Position numbers and translations under genes: made by a program
Notes under the pieces: generated by a model
Seen by the model: only the letters and a program-made list of their open reading frames with translations
Told to the model about the DNA's origin: nothing
The model's database searches: none
Source: the human T2T-CHM13v2.0 reference genome, Homo sapiens
Length of the DNA: 64,000 bases
NCBI RefSeq assembly: GCF_009914755.1
Contig: NC_060931.1
Reading direction: 5' to 3' (one strand)
Shown here: positions 15,391 through 32,419 of the stretch, one piece after another
Layout of the letters: the number at the start of each line of letters is the position of its first letter
How positions within the stretch are numbered: position 1 is the first letter of the stretch

Positions 15391-16519
15391 TGGGTATGAG
15401 GCAACCAGCAGACATGGCTCACTCCCTCCCTTGAAATTCTCACCTGTCTCTTATCAATTTTCTTCTCATCTCACTGACCTGGCACATCCCACACCTGGAT
15501 GGCAGCCATGGCTGCGTCTCTTCTCAGTTTCTTCACATGCCACTGTGATTACATTATTCTCAACAACCTCATATGGCTCCCCACGGCCCAGGAGACAAGG
15601 CCAGGGCCTCAGCAAGGCACTCGAGGTAGCCCATGATTGAGTCGTCATGACTCCTTCCTCCCTTTTTCCTCCTGCTCCCACAAATGAATCCTCCTCCTCA
15701 TCTGTCAACTCTTCTCTGCCTATGCTCAATCTCAACTCAAGATTTCTTCCACCTGATGGAAATACGGTGAATTTTCTTCTGGGTTTCTTCATTTTCAAAG
15801 CTTTACAAAATAAGCATTATTATAAAAATGACCCATCCTTGAGGCCCACTGCCCTGCTTCTGAAGCCTAAAACTCATGGTCTGCCAGGCCCACTTCCTAC
15901 TTCTCGGTTTTATCTTCCTAGGAGTGTTCACTCCTGAGAGCTCGTCCACTCATGCTGATTTCAGTGCTCAAAAATGACTCGATGCCTGGACCCCAGCCCT
16001 GGGCCCCCAGCTGCCAGGTCTGCCCCAACGCCAGCAACCCAGACGTAGCCTGGGCCTTGGTCTTGGCCTCTGCAGCCTTCAACCTTTTCACTTACAAAGG
16101 GACAGGCTGGAGCCAGTCACTACTCCCAGGCTTCCACACAGACAAGCACCTCACACTAACCAGCCTTCCTGCAACTCTTGCCAGATTCGTCTGTCTAGAG
16201 GGTGGTGCCTCCCTGCCTGCTGCCCAGCTCTCACTGAGGTTCCCCTACCCGCCAGGCTCCTTTCATTGTTGTGGATGCATTATTTCTAAGTTCATGCTTC
16301 TTTACTAGCAGGGATGTGACCCCCCCGCCCCGCAATATCAGGCCAACTGTGGATACCCTGCCACCTCAGCCAGACACACAAAAGGTTTGATGCCAATGCA
16401 GCAAGCAGCCACCCCAGGCCACGGGCTCTGGTCTCAAGTATGTCCTACAAATCAATGTCTCCAAGCCAGTCCCCTAGCAGTCAAGCAGTTTCCCTGAATG
16501 CTCTGTGTGTCCGTGGTGT

Positions 16520-16710
16520 CCAACCTGAGGTCAAGCCCAGCTTCCCCGCACAGCAACCAGGTAACGGTGACTAGGTCACTCAGCCTCTCTGTGCCTTGGT
16601 CTCCTGACCTATAAAATGGGAACACTAATAGCATCTCTCCCAAAAGGTAGCTGTGAGGAACAAACCATTTAAAATGACTAAAACAAGGTCTCGTGACACT
16701 CAGTATTGCT
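16520..16710 (+). mobile_element. MIR
   Basis: cagcctctctgtgccttggtctcctgacctataaaatggg core. Confidence 0.7.
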
Positions 16711-17029
16711 TTCTCACTCACTGCTTTCCCTTTAGAAAGTCTTTGGCTATGGAAAGAACTCACTGAGCAGCTTTTATGACTATGGGATGATTCTTGAACC
16801 CTCTGAGACATGTGGAGAGAGAAGTTATGTCTTTTGCCTAGTAATTCTACACTTCATTGCCTAATAATTCTACACTTTTTTTAGATTTTTCTAAAAATCT
16901 AGTATCAATAATTTTATCAATACCTGATTGTTATCTGTTTAGCATCTACCACACTTTGGTCTTGCAATGACAGTAGCCTGCCTACTTTAAAGACAATGCT
17001 AACTCACCAAGAGGAGAGCCAGAGTTCCT

Positions 17030-19128
<2,099 letters not shown>

Positions 19129-19834
19129 ATTACCATTCGACCTTTGTTTCTTTGTAAATTCTCTTTTCTTCTCTCAATAAGTTGTACCAGAAGTTCGTCT
19201 ATGTTGATGTTTTTTTTCCTTCAAAGAACCAATTTTTGCCTTTTGCTGATCTTCTGTATTTGCCATTTAAAGTCCAGCTGAGGAACACAGAGGAGAGAGA
19301 CCCCAGGGACTACCCTGTCACTGACCTGACTCTGGCCTGTGTGGGGGCCACAGGGGTTGGGGCAGCCCCACTGATACTGTTTGATTAGTCAGGAAGGCTC
19401 CTTTTAATAAAAAATTCTTTTAAGAAGTATATTTGAAAATGTGTTTCACATTTTAAAATTAACTTTGTAGCTACAGTTAAAAAGAACTAGATGATTCTAT
19501 ATTTACTGAAAATAAATAAGGCAAGATACTTGGAGTCACTGATAATATGCCCACTAATACTCTGATAGATTTAAATGCAAATTTAGGGAATACTTTTGAC
19601 AATCTGTGACAGATGGTCAGCCAACATCAACAAAAATCAGTATATTTACTATAAAACTACTTTAACTTAGTAAAAATGGAAGTTTGTACAGTGAGTTTTT
19701 TCTTAAATTGTGTTATTTTAATGAGGGAAAGAGGCTTCCTAATTTTTTAGCAGTATTTAAGTGTGAAATATATATTTTAAAACAAAATTAGATAATCTAC
19801 GCCATAAATATGTCAATATAAGAATTCTGAACTA

Positions 19835-19966
19835 AGCTGGGTGTAGTGACTTACGCCTGCAATCCCAGCTACTCAGGAGGCTGAGGCAGGAGGACTGCTT
19901 GAGGGCAGGAGTTCGAGATCAGCCTAAGCAACATAGTGAGAGACCCCCCCATCTCTTAAAAAAAAA
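19835..19966 (+). mobile_element. Alu monomer (FLAM-like)
   Basis: Single arm with A-tail; flanks aattctgaacta/aattcagaatta. Confidence 0.8.
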
Positions 19967-21089
19967 TTCAGAATTATGTAAGTATCTTACCTTAGTCTTT
20001 ACCCAATTTTATTTTCCTGTTCATTCAAAATCAGAAAAATTAAGACCAGCTTTACTATTTAAATTCTCAAAAGACTTCCCATGTGAGAAAAAATTAGGCC
20101 AAAGAAAACTCCTAACACTCAAACCTATAGTACCTATAGTATCAAAAAAGATGCATACCAATGACACAATTATTTCTCAGAAATGTCCTTTTCAGAAGTA
20201 GAGAAAACTTGGAAGCTTTCTAATTCATCCACAGCTTACACCCTAGATTCTGAATCCCTTTCCTCAAAATCATAGCCTTGTAGACGTTGCACCAATCCTA
20301 GACTGTCCTCAACCAGCCCTAATCAAGACCCCCCCACCCCACCCCACACCCAGTGCTAATTCTGACCCCACCCTATACCCAGTGCTAATCCACACCCCAC
20401 CCTCATATCAAGAGAGTGCTAAGAGAAGGGGACTGTAGACTTCTATACACAGCTGGAGGATTTAGTCCCCAGAACAGTATTTTTCAAAGGGGAGGTATAA
20501 AATCTCCTTAGCAGAGCAGAACAGAATAAAATGGAATGAAATACGCAAGATACACTGCCAGAAAAAGAGCAAGCTCTGTTTTGTGAAACTGCCACTATGC
20601 AGGTACGTGCATACCTGGAAGCCTTGTTAACATGTATTTCTCACTATAACTACAGGTTGCAGCCAAAGTTTAAAAGCCACTGGCCATAAAAACCTATCAC
20701 ATTCATAGAAAAGGAGGTAAGAACAGAAGTTCTTGCTACACCTTGGTGAAGAGGAGGCCAGTGAGGCAATGAACTAACAGAGGGGCCCACAACAGCAATT
20801 ACAAGCAGTGCATGAGGATGACTAACTCAAAAACATACAGCAGGAGGAGGAGTAGCGAGTGAGCACTGAGCAGTGAGAGCGGGTGGCCTGGGGGAAAGAA
20901 GGACATACCAATCATCATTGGAAGAAGGTGAAAAACTGGGGGCTCATAACCACAGCAACAACAGAAGTGAGGACACAGGATTCTGTTGGCCAACAATTTG
21001 TCAGGGACACATCTACTCCATGACAAAGAACTCACCTATTAAAAGAGATTGTTAAATGCAGGTGACAGCTCATGTTTAGTTCCTATACA

Positions 21090-22260
21090 TCCAGGTAGAG
21101 AGGTAAAAAAGAGGTATGTGTCACAGTGGGGTAGTAAACACACATCCATGTCCTGGCTTGGTCTGCTGACAGGGCCTAGAAGCAGGAGCCACGTGCCCTC
21201 TGAGTGCCCAGATCTTGGTTTCTAAATACCATTCAATAAAGGGAATTGGGCTCCCTGGACAATTCCTTTGGACAATGGCTGATTCTAGGACTGGAACAGA
21301 GAAAATACAAGATAAACCCAGAGAATCCTGTAGTGCCAGAAAGTAAGGAAGTGCTTAAAAAAAAAAAAAACAGTTGGGGAGGGGGTAGGGGGATGCAAAG
21401 ATGTCAAAGAACTCAGAAGCCACAATGGCCAGAGCTGGAACAGTGTGGGGGGCAAAATAAATAATACAGTAGCAAAGAATAAATGAACCACCCATGAGTC
21501 CATACTGATATAAGTAACTGAATAAATTATAATGAACAAATGAGGGAAGGGGACAAATCTTCCTAATGGAAGTCCAATTAAAAATGTAGAAGGAATGAGG
21601 GAAATAGGAAATTGCCATTAAAACATAATTGCCAAGAGCCACTGATGATGCTAACATCAGTAGGACCTTAAGGAAACAGGATATTTGCATAATCTCTAAG
21701 TCAGTATCTTCCCCCAAAATATTTATCAATTCCTTGTAGTGGTTTTAACATATGCTAAGAATTTAACAAATAATTTGAAACTCCTCCATCCTCCTAGGAA
21801 GCAGGATTAATGCCCCGCCCTTCAGTGGGGCTGGACTTAGTGGCTCTCATGAACAGGGTACAGAGAGGGGACAACGGGCACATGACATTGGAGGAACCTG
21901 GCCAACCAGCCTCAGCCACATGATCCAAGCAAACGTCACAGTAATAATTCATGTTAACATCATGTACCTCCAATGTGACATGATGAGAAAGACAAGACAC
22001 CTCTGTGGTATTCCTCTCCAAATCCATAGCCCTGAGTCTAATCATAAGAAAACACTACATAGACCCAAATTGGGAACATTCTACAACATACCTGGCCTCT
22101 TCAAAAGTGTGAACGTCCATGAAAATCAAAAGAAGATGGAAATTGCCACAGACTGAAGGTGACGAGAACATAATGCCTAAATGCAAGGTGACTCCTGGAC
22201 CTAATTCTGGAATAGAAAAGGGACACTAACTAGTGAGAAAACCAGAAAAATTGAAAAAAA
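21090..22260 (+). mobile_element. Old L1 3' region (L1MC/MD-like)
   Basis: ccagatcttggtttctaaataccatt, cccatgagtccatactgatataa, cacctctgtggtattcctc, agacccaaattgggaacattctacaa. Confidence 0.7.
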
Positions 22261-22429
22261 AAAAAAAAAAAAAAAAAAAAAGCCTGTGATCATTATTACT
22301 AACTTGACACAGGATTTTTTTTTTCGATTTTTCTGGTTTTAGTTAGTTTTCACAAATATATCATGCCAACTAACACTCAAAGAGAGGGAAAGGGGAGGAG
22401 GTTTAAGTCTGCAGCTGTGACAATTCAGA

Positions 22430-22600
22430 CCATGGGGTTGAAGCCAGCCCATAGTTTGAATCCTGGGCTTCAGCTCATACTAGGTGTGTTATCTGAGCAA
22501 ATTCCTCTATCTCATTAAAGCCTCAATTTCCTCATCTATAAAATGGGAACAATAATGATCCCAATTCTTAGCCTGTTGTGAGACTCATAAGCTCTTACCT
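22430..22600 (+). mobile_element. MIR
   Basis: agcctcaatttcctcatctataaaatgggaacaataat. Confidence 0.75.
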
Positions 22601-23714
22601 AGTCTTCTTGCATGTGAGCTCTCTCTCTCACCAACATGAGGCTATTAGTAATACCTGAGTTAACAGTTTCCTTCCCTTGATACTGAATCACAGTCCTAAG
22701 CAAAAAGGTTTAGCGCCCATTTTCAACTCAAGATGACAGTATTTTTCTCTTTTTCCTCCTTTTCTTCCCATCTCCCATATTCCCACAGTCCCACCAACTT
22801 TGAAAAGCAAATAAAAGCACTTTTCTCTCCATAATTTCCCTGCTGGGTGCCACTGTTCACAGCACTTGATATAGCAAATTCTGGCAATGCTTTCCCATTT
22901 GATTTATCTAGAAGGTTGTTATTTACTGCTCCTGCTGTTTTGGGGGCGAAAATGTTAGTGGTCTACCAAGAGGACTTTCCAAAAATAACAAGACGTGTTT
23001 TCACAACTGTCAGTATGTGGAGGGCACTGTCATGTTGGTTTCTTAGCTTTACTCATAGCATGACAACACTGGATTTTTAGGGATTCTTAGACTAAACTAC
23101 TTTGATATGACTAGTGAGGTTATCTTTTGTTTTCTTGAAGATATTATATCCTGGGAGGACTTTCAGTACCAAGAACCACCCAGTCTTCCAGGGAGAAATG
23201 AATTCCACATTGTCCAATTTTGCTCCCGCCAACAATAGCACCAATTTATTCTGCCTGGAGTATGGAAGCATCAGAAACCCTACATACAGCCCAGTCAAAG
23301 ACTCGCCATGTCTACCCACCCTGCCCAGCCTCTGTTCAGTCTCTGGACTCTCTGTGCCACCCTCGCAGCTAGGACTACCCACACTTGGATCCCAGGCTTC
23401 AGGTCAGGGCTCCATAGCTAGCCCACACATCAGAGCCGGCCCCACCTGCCACTCAAAGAGTACTGGCCCAGGTAACCTTACTGTTGTAGGTCCCAGGACA
23501 CAGATGGGAACAACGTGGGACTTACAAACTTAGAGTTAATCAAAAGTGATTAAGTGGCTCTCAGAGCCTCTGGTCAACAGAGAAGGCCCCTGGGAGGAGC
23601 TGGACATTCACACAGAACTCTGATAAATGGCAAGACAGGGCCAGCTATGAAGACCACAGAGATGAGCAGCCTAGACAGTGTCCCACACAAACTCCTTGAT
23701 CCACAGCCACAGCA

Positions 23715-23900
23715 CTGGCTCAGGGCTCATCTTTGCCTCCAACTCACTGTGCCCTTGGGTTCATATCTCCATTTTCACATTTATAAAATTTACAAAATGG
23801 GGGCACATGAGTACCTTCCTCAAAGATGTTCCTGGGGTTAATGAGTGAATAGATACAATGCTCAGAACAGTGTACGACTCAGAGTAAGTGTTAGCTGCAG
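23715..23900 (+). mobile_element. MIR
   Basis: ctgtgcccttggg ... aaaatggggg ... gtaccttcctcaaagatgtt ... taagtgttagc. Confidence 0.6.
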
Positions 23901-24216
23901 TCATCACTGTCACCATCATTAATATTTTTACTGATGTAGATTATTAATACAAATAATATTGTTATCATCAAAGAGGAGAAGCTATCTTACTAGCCAAGAT
24001 CAGCATAGGGCTTTTTAAAACAGAGTTCAGAATTTAATTAAAAAGTGATTGCAAATCACTGCAAGGTTGGGACAGGGAACAATGTTATTTGGTTGTTTTA
24101 AAAGGTCAATGCACAGCTGCCACATGGAGAGTAGACTGCAGAATGCCAAAAGAAGTAGTTCCAGGGGCTGTTTGGGGGCACCAGCATGGAGACTGCAGGC
24201 AAGCCTGAGGGTGTAA

Positions 24217-24764
<548 letters not shown>

Positions 24765-25030
24765 TCCCCTTTTCTTTATAGCACCTTCATACTTAACACC
24801 ATGACATCAAATGACAACGTATTCACACAGAAAGCAGGCATTTTGTTTACTGGTTTATTTATGTTTACTTATGCAACCAAGAGAACCTATATGGCTGTCA
24901 TGGGAGCCCTACCTTCTAGAAAGAGAACAACCACATCCAGCACAGTTTCTAACACACTCTGCATACAGGTGGGATGAGCTTTGAACACATTCAATATAAA
25001 AAAAAAAAGAACAGGTAACAGGTACAATGA

Positions 25031-25475
<445 letters not shown>

Positions 25476-28400
25476 CAATTTCACAGGACTTCTAAGAGCT
25501 GGATGCTGTTTAGGCTGAGGTCCTTGACTGTCTAGGTGAAGACCTGGGGCCCAGGTGCTGCTCGGGATAGTGGAGAAGAGACCCCACCTCAGCTCAAGCC
25601 CCATCTTCAGTTCTCCTGGGAGGTGGTTTACTGTAAAGTCAGTCTTCTTTATGAGCACCAGCCTCCTCTCATTATACTCTGAAATGCCTGTGTTTGCAAG
25701 CAAAAATGTACAACTGGAATTCAAGAGTATAGTCTATGAAATTCTCATAAAAGTGAGATTCCAGGTGTGTTCATCTAAGACTAATGCATTTGGATACCTC
25801 TCAGCTTCAAAAGACGCTATCATGTGAAAAGGCTAGAGCTTTTTCTATGAGCAAAACCGAAGGTTTGCTGTATTGAGAACAGAATTTCTGGAATGAGAAG
25901 GCTCAGGCCAGTGCAAGGAGGGCTACAGACTCAGGGTCCCTGCCCGCTACTTTAACCTTCTCATCTCACAGGTTATCAACAGATGATAGGATAGGAGGCA
26001 TCCTATCACCTGTTCCTTGGCCTGTAAATCTAAAAAGAGAAAGCCAGAAAAAGTAAAGCAGCCCCTCTGCCCCTCTTCTTTCTGAGAAAGCATCCAGATA
26101 ATCACAAAGGTTTGCTCCCTCCAAGACCTGTCCGAGGTGTCCCAGGCCTGGGGACAGGGGAAGGTGGATGTAAAGAACAGAAAGCTTTTCTGGCTGGGAG
26201 ACAGGGCCCAATCCCTGAGAAGCCTCACACAAGTGCAGCATTTATATACATTCACAAAGAGAAAACCTCAACAAACTCGAGTTTGCTATTTAATAGAATC
26301 TTACACTAAGTCCTTTTGGTAAAGCAAAGAATTACTTTGACAGAGCAAAACTCCTCTACAAATTGAATACTTACATAACACCCCAACTTTAACATTAATT
26401 AGCACGCACCCACTATCAGTAATGCTGAGTCCTGTAGGCCTGGGAGAAGCTCCCACTCCCCTCTGTGAGACCCTGTGCCGTAAGTATCACTTGGTCTCTT
26501 GGATCCCCAAGCCCTTCTTACCCACTGATACCTTGCCTCATGCCTCACTCTTCCTTAAAATCAGTCAAACACAAGGACTCACAACTCTTCTTTCAACCAG
26601 CCTTCTGTTCAGGCTGCTGCCTTCTTCCTTTTATTCCCAGCGAAACATCTTGAGTCAGTTTCTTCCCACCTTACCTTCCAATATGCCCCACTGTGAAATC
26701 TCTGCCAATCACAAGTGACTTCCAAGTATCATAACCAAACTTGCCTTTCTGAATTTCTGTCCATCTGATACCTCCACAACATCTGACATGAATGTCCCAC
26801 CCTTGGACTACCCAGGCTCTCCCTCTGCTCCACCTCCACCTGTTCTCCCTCTCCTCCAACTCACTGGTTTCCTTTGGCTGACCCTTCCTGCTGCCTGCCC
26901 CTTACACTCCAAAGAACACAGCGCTATCTCTATATCTTCCGCACATGCACCCCTGAACTGCAACAGCTGCCTGGTATGTATCCTTTCTACATCCCCTACC
27001 TTGTCCACCCTGACTGACTGCTGCCTATTAACTTTCTGACAAATCTGAGCAAACACTCTTGAGTTAGATAAGTTGCCCCAGTTTCTAAAGATAAGCCCCA
27101 ATTCTTTAGCATGAATCAGGGTCTTGGCAGGGCAGAGACATGCACAGTGTGGTCCCTGCCAGCCCCATCCCTGTTCACTCCCTTCCCCTAGGAACACAGG
27201 AATATCAGCATCCCTTTAATGGTATCATTTCTTTGCACAGGTTACTCCCTCTGACCAGGTGCTTGCCCCTTCTCAACTGCTGACCTCCAATGTCATCTGC
27301 CTCACAAGGTCTCTGCAGGTTGCTCCACATCCGCAATGACTGTTTTTGGTCTTTTTCCTGTTTGTTTTGTTTTTGGAGGGGAGGAGGGGTGGGTTGTGTG
27401 TGTGCACACAGGTGTGCACAGTGGAAGGTGTATCTAGACAGAAATGAACACAACACAAACAGTCACACACACTGCATGGAAATCCGTTACGACAACTTTC
27501 AGCTGATGTAAAGCTCTATGAAGCAATGAGTTCTCTAATGAGAAAGTGAAAAACCAAGGCAAAGAGGTTTTACGTGTCTGATTTGATTAATGCAAGGTAC
27601 ATCTTTCAAGAATTCCAGATAAAGGAGAACCGAAACCAGTACTTAAGGACACAGACTCTGGAGTCAAAAATCCCTGCCCAGCCACTAGTTGGTGATACAA
27701 CCTTGTGTCTCTAAGCCTCCGCTTTGCTCATCAGTAAAGTCAGGGAAACAACACTTCCATTGCAGAAGTAGTGCAGAGCTCAGGTAAGACAACCTATTAG
27801 CTGTAGCTGACATTACTGCACACTTACCTATGGGTCTATGCCAGTCCAAACATTATCCCCAATTGACACATGAGGCTGGACTATTCAAGTCCTATAGACA
27901 TCCTTAGCCAAGCCTGTGACCTCTGGGTGTCACAGTTCTCAGCCAGAGAGCCTGTGTGTAGTCATACTCTCATGAGGACAAAATGGGCTTTCCTTGTGAC
28001 CATCTTAGGGTCTTGGTCAAAGAGTTGCTGTTTTCATTACCTGAGACCCAGCTCAACTTGGAAGGGAATGGCCACCCCAGAGAGCAGTAAGTACAACAAT
28101 CAGTGACAAAGCATCATGGGAGCATTCAAGTCAGCTAGCTGAAATCTCTGCAAACAGTACTTTTCCGTTCTCATTAGTTACAAGCTGCCAGGAAATTTTA
28201 GCTGTGAACAGAATGAAGACAGGCTGGAGAAACAGTCCTACTATTTATAAAGCCTTGGTGTTAGCCAATTTGATCCTCTTCTGCATATAAATGGGCCAAG
28301 ATCCTCCAGGCACGCCTGCTCTGAGGGTGGCTGGATGGCTGGCAGGGATGCCCCAAAACCTAGGCCCCAGGCTGGCCAACCAGGTCCTTCCAATGCCCAG

Positions 28401-29122
28401 GGTGTGACCATGCTTTGTTAGTTTACATCTGACATTTGGGTAGGGGGCTGTCTGCGTATCTCACTTCAAGCCATAATAGTCACTTCTTATTGCCTCCCTT
28501 AAAAAGTGTTTCAAAGGAGTATTTTTGACTAATGTGTAAATTAGCAATCCCCATACTATTACCCTTTTAACTGGCAGAACTAGATACTCCATCAAACATG
28601 ATTATATGATTTGACTGAAAATCCAAAAAATAAGTAAGTAAAACAATGCCTCAGAAATCCAGCCCAGTTTCTGGCAATGTTCATTACATTCATTTGAGAA
28701 TTCTCTGTAGTGAATTATATAAAAGTTTTTTGGTAAGTACAGCCACAATGAAACAAATGTCAGAAAGTCATTTCTCACAGAGAACATTTACTTGGGCTGC
28801 CAAGGAAAAGCAATTAGTTCTTGCCTTAGAAGAGCCTTAACCAAGAGATGCTTCGCCATGAGGCCATTTCATTCCCTAGGGGCAGGCCTGGTAGGAGAAG
28901 AAGACCTGATACCTATCTGTTAACGCACTTATTGAAGTCCCATCTCAGCATGGGATGGTCCGTGCAAGTTTGACAGCCACAACGTTCACCTGACAAAACC
29001 AAAAGTCTCCAGAGGAAGACAATAAAAATAATTCTTTAAGTGATGAGCCTGAGTAGCCTGCCCCAGGCCAACAAACACTGTAACGAAGGTCTTCTGTAGA
29101 AAGTTTCTGTATGTTTCCCATC

Positions 29123-29497
29123 TACTATGGTTTGAATGTGTCTCCTCCAAAATTCAGGTGTGGAAACTTAATGGCCAATGTGACGGTATTAAGAAGTGAT
29201 TAGGTTATGAGGGCTCCTCCCCTATGACTAGATTAAGGCATTTATTAAACAGGCTTCACGCAGCATCCAGCTCTCTTCCCCTTCTGTCCCTGTCACCACG
29301 TGAGGACACAGCATTCCACCCCTCCAAAGGACACAGCATCAGGCCCATCTTAGAAGCAGAGAGCCCTCACTTGACAACTGAACCTGCCAGAGCCTTGATC
29401 TTGGATTTTCCAGCCTCCAGAACTGTAGGAAAATAAAATTTTGTATAAACACCTGCTCTCAAGTATTCTGTTACAGCAGCCCAAATGAACTGAAACA
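29123..29497 (+). mobile_element. MaLR solo LTR (MST family)
   Basis: ctatggtttgaatgtgtctcctccaaaattcaggtg ... ccttgatcttggattttccagcctccagaactg; perfect TSD ccatc. Confidence 0.87.
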
Positions 29498-30699
29498 CCA
29501 TCCTTGCATTAGCCTTCCTCAAAGCCATGGATCTTAGGTGATATCAAGTTCACATGAAGACAAGAGACATATGACATCAATTAGAAGGGAATAAGAAAAA
29601 GGGACAGGCCATCAGCAAGGGGCACCTCTGTCTGGCCACACAGGATTGCACACAGAATTGACCACACCCTTGGAAATTGTCATCTCTGGGAAATGGAGGC
29701 TCCCAGAGGCTAAAGGAATGGTCTATAGTCACATACCCTAAGTGGCTGAGCCAAATTCTGGCCTCACCCCAGTTCTTCAGGCTGTAATGCACCTGTCAGG
29801 CCGCCGCCTGCACCCACCACACTTGGTAGCTGAACATAGGCTTCCCCACAGAGTACTCAGCTTCCTGATACTCACTGGCATGACTGTAGTCTACTCCCAT
29901 GTGCCTTCAGCCTCCACTCTCCTTGGCCTTAATAGGCTTCTCTCATTTCCTTTGCTGCACGGCTGCCTGCCTGTCCCAATTTCAACAGTCTAGGAGGCAG
30001 AAGGTGAAATTAATTCCTGGTCTGTGCAGCACACAGTGAACACGAACAGCGGCAAGTCCTCTAAGAGCCAGGGCAGCCTTTTCATCAGTCTGTCTGTGGT
30101 CACTCCTGAGGACCACAGAGGAGATGTGGAGAGTGACTACTGACCCAACTAGAGGCTTTCCACAGAGCCCCCAGAACACCTGCCCGAGGCGCCGGAGAGA
30201 TAGTAACTGTGATGTAATTCTGTCTTACACTTAATTCACAAATGATGATGGTATACTTCTCAATGTTGCTGGCACTGACAGAAGCTTCTTCAGCTTTCCT
30301 GATCATCACCCAGAGCCACAGTTAATGTTAACATCAGGGTGAAATAAAACTCCACTTAGATGTGGGAACTGTCTCCAAAGAATGATTTAGTCTAAGCTGA
30401 GTGACACCTTCCTGAGTCGCTGTTCTGCATCAGTAGCCACAAGAACCTACCTCCAGACCCCTGCTCCAGCTCAGGCAGGAAGTTGGACATGGACCACCTG
30501 CCGCCTCCACTCTCCCACTCCCACTCCAAAAGAATACAGAAAGAGAGAGAGAGAAAAAAAAACTACTTCATAGGTCTTGCTTCCTAAGGATGTGCTCATT
30601 TTGTTCAGAATATCAAGGGAAATCACAGTGATAGCATGATTTAGAGCATGTTGGACAAGCAAGAAGGGAAGAAGGTGCCCTGAGCTTGGGCAATGAGGA

Positions 30700-31250
30700 A
30701 AATGGTAGAACTCTTCCTAGAGAAAGGAGGTCAGGAAGCTGGTAGATCTACAGAACATTAGGACAACTAAACTCCAAATTAAACTAGGACCAAACACAGG
30801 GAGTGGTAGAGAGCATGGAACAGAGGTCAGAGTGAATCACAGATGTATGGTTTCAGGCTCTGGGAATGGATGAGCTCTCCAAGGGAGAAAACTGCAGAAA
30901 GAAGAAAGGGCTGATTATAGATATAATCTTGAGAACACCCACGTTTAAGGGGTGGAAACAAGACGAGCCTAAGAAAGAGGCTGAAAGACTAATCGTTGGG
31001 GAGGAAGAGAATCAGGAAAGTACAGAAGCCAAACACATGTGTTTCAACGAAAAGGGACAGTTGATGGCATCAAATATCAGAGGAGATCAATAAAGGGAAA
31101 CCTAAAGACAAACCACTCACTCTAACCCCAAGGAAGTTGTCCATAGCTTGTGAGAAAGCCACTGTATTCATAAAGGCAGAAATCAAACTGCTGATGTCAG
31201 CTCAAGAGTAGAAGACAAGGACTGGGTGGAACTGAAGACAAAGAAGGAAG
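30700..31250 (-). mobile_element. L2 fragment
   Basis: gaatggatgagctctccaagggaga ... gagaacacccacgtttaagggg ... gaggaagagaatcaggaaag. Confidence 0.6.
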
Positions 31251-31941
31251 GCACAGGGCAAAATAAAAGGGAATAATGTGCTTGACAGGTAACAAAGCAG
31301 GAGAAGATTATTGGATACAGGAGGCTTACTATGCAAAGAAGCAGAAGGAAAGGGGCAGAAACATATAAAAGTTTAGTGAAGAAAGTATAGTACTTTCAAC
31401 AAATGATGCTGGTGTAACCAGACATCCATACACACACAAAAAAGGAACTTCAAGCCGTATCTTGCATCATATACTAAAAATAACTTAAAATGAATCACAG
31501 ACCTAAATATAAAACCTAAAACTATATAACTTTTAATAGAAAACATATGAGAAAATCTTTGTGACTTTGAGTTAGGCCAAGATTTCCTAGATATGACACC
31601 AAAAACATGATCCATAAAAAAAAAAAAAAAACTGATACACTGCACTTCATCAAAATAAAGAACTTCTGCTACTCAAAATGCAATGTGAAGAAAATGAAGA
31701 CAATCCAAAGACTGGGAGAAAATATTTGCAAATTATATATCTGATAAAGTACTCAGATCCAGAATATGCAGAAAGCTCTCAAAATTCAATAATAAGAAAA
31801 CAACCCAATTTTTTTAAATGGACAAAATATTTCCACTGACACTTCATCAAAGAAAATATAAAGGGCAACATTATTGCTTATTAGGGAACTGCAAATTCAA
31901 ACCACAGTGAAATACCACACTGAACCTATAAGAATGTCTAA

Positions 31942-32240
<299 letters not shown>

Positions 32241-32272
32241 AAGAAATGTCTAAATTTAAAACACCAAATGCT

Positions 32273-32419
32273 GGCCATGCATACTGGCTCACACCTGTAA
32301 TCCTAGCACTCTGGGAGGCTGAGGCAGGAGGATCACTTGAGCCCAGGAGTTTGAGACCAGCCTGGGCAAAATAGCAAGACCCCATCTTAAAACAAAAATG
32401 TTAATTAAAAAAAATAATA
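32273..32419 (+). mobile_element. Alu left monomer (FLAM-C-like)
   Basis: Single arm; TSD aaaacaccaaatg/aaaacactaaatg. Confidence 0.82.

Noticed and set aside
14996-15443. Five overlapping 84-142 aa Cys/His/Val-rich ORFs
   Set aside because: Artefacts of stop-poor TG/CA low-complexity sequence.
16834-16877. 23-bp tandem duplication (similar small ones at ~14474 and ~56424)
   Set aside because: Ordinary slippage duplications with no motif of note.
26010-26029. Possible 12- or 20-nt microexon on the minus strand after a strong polypyrimidine tract
   Set aside because: Donor CAG|GTGATA is weak, two AGs compete, and there is no upstream UGC enhancer; not supportable without reads.
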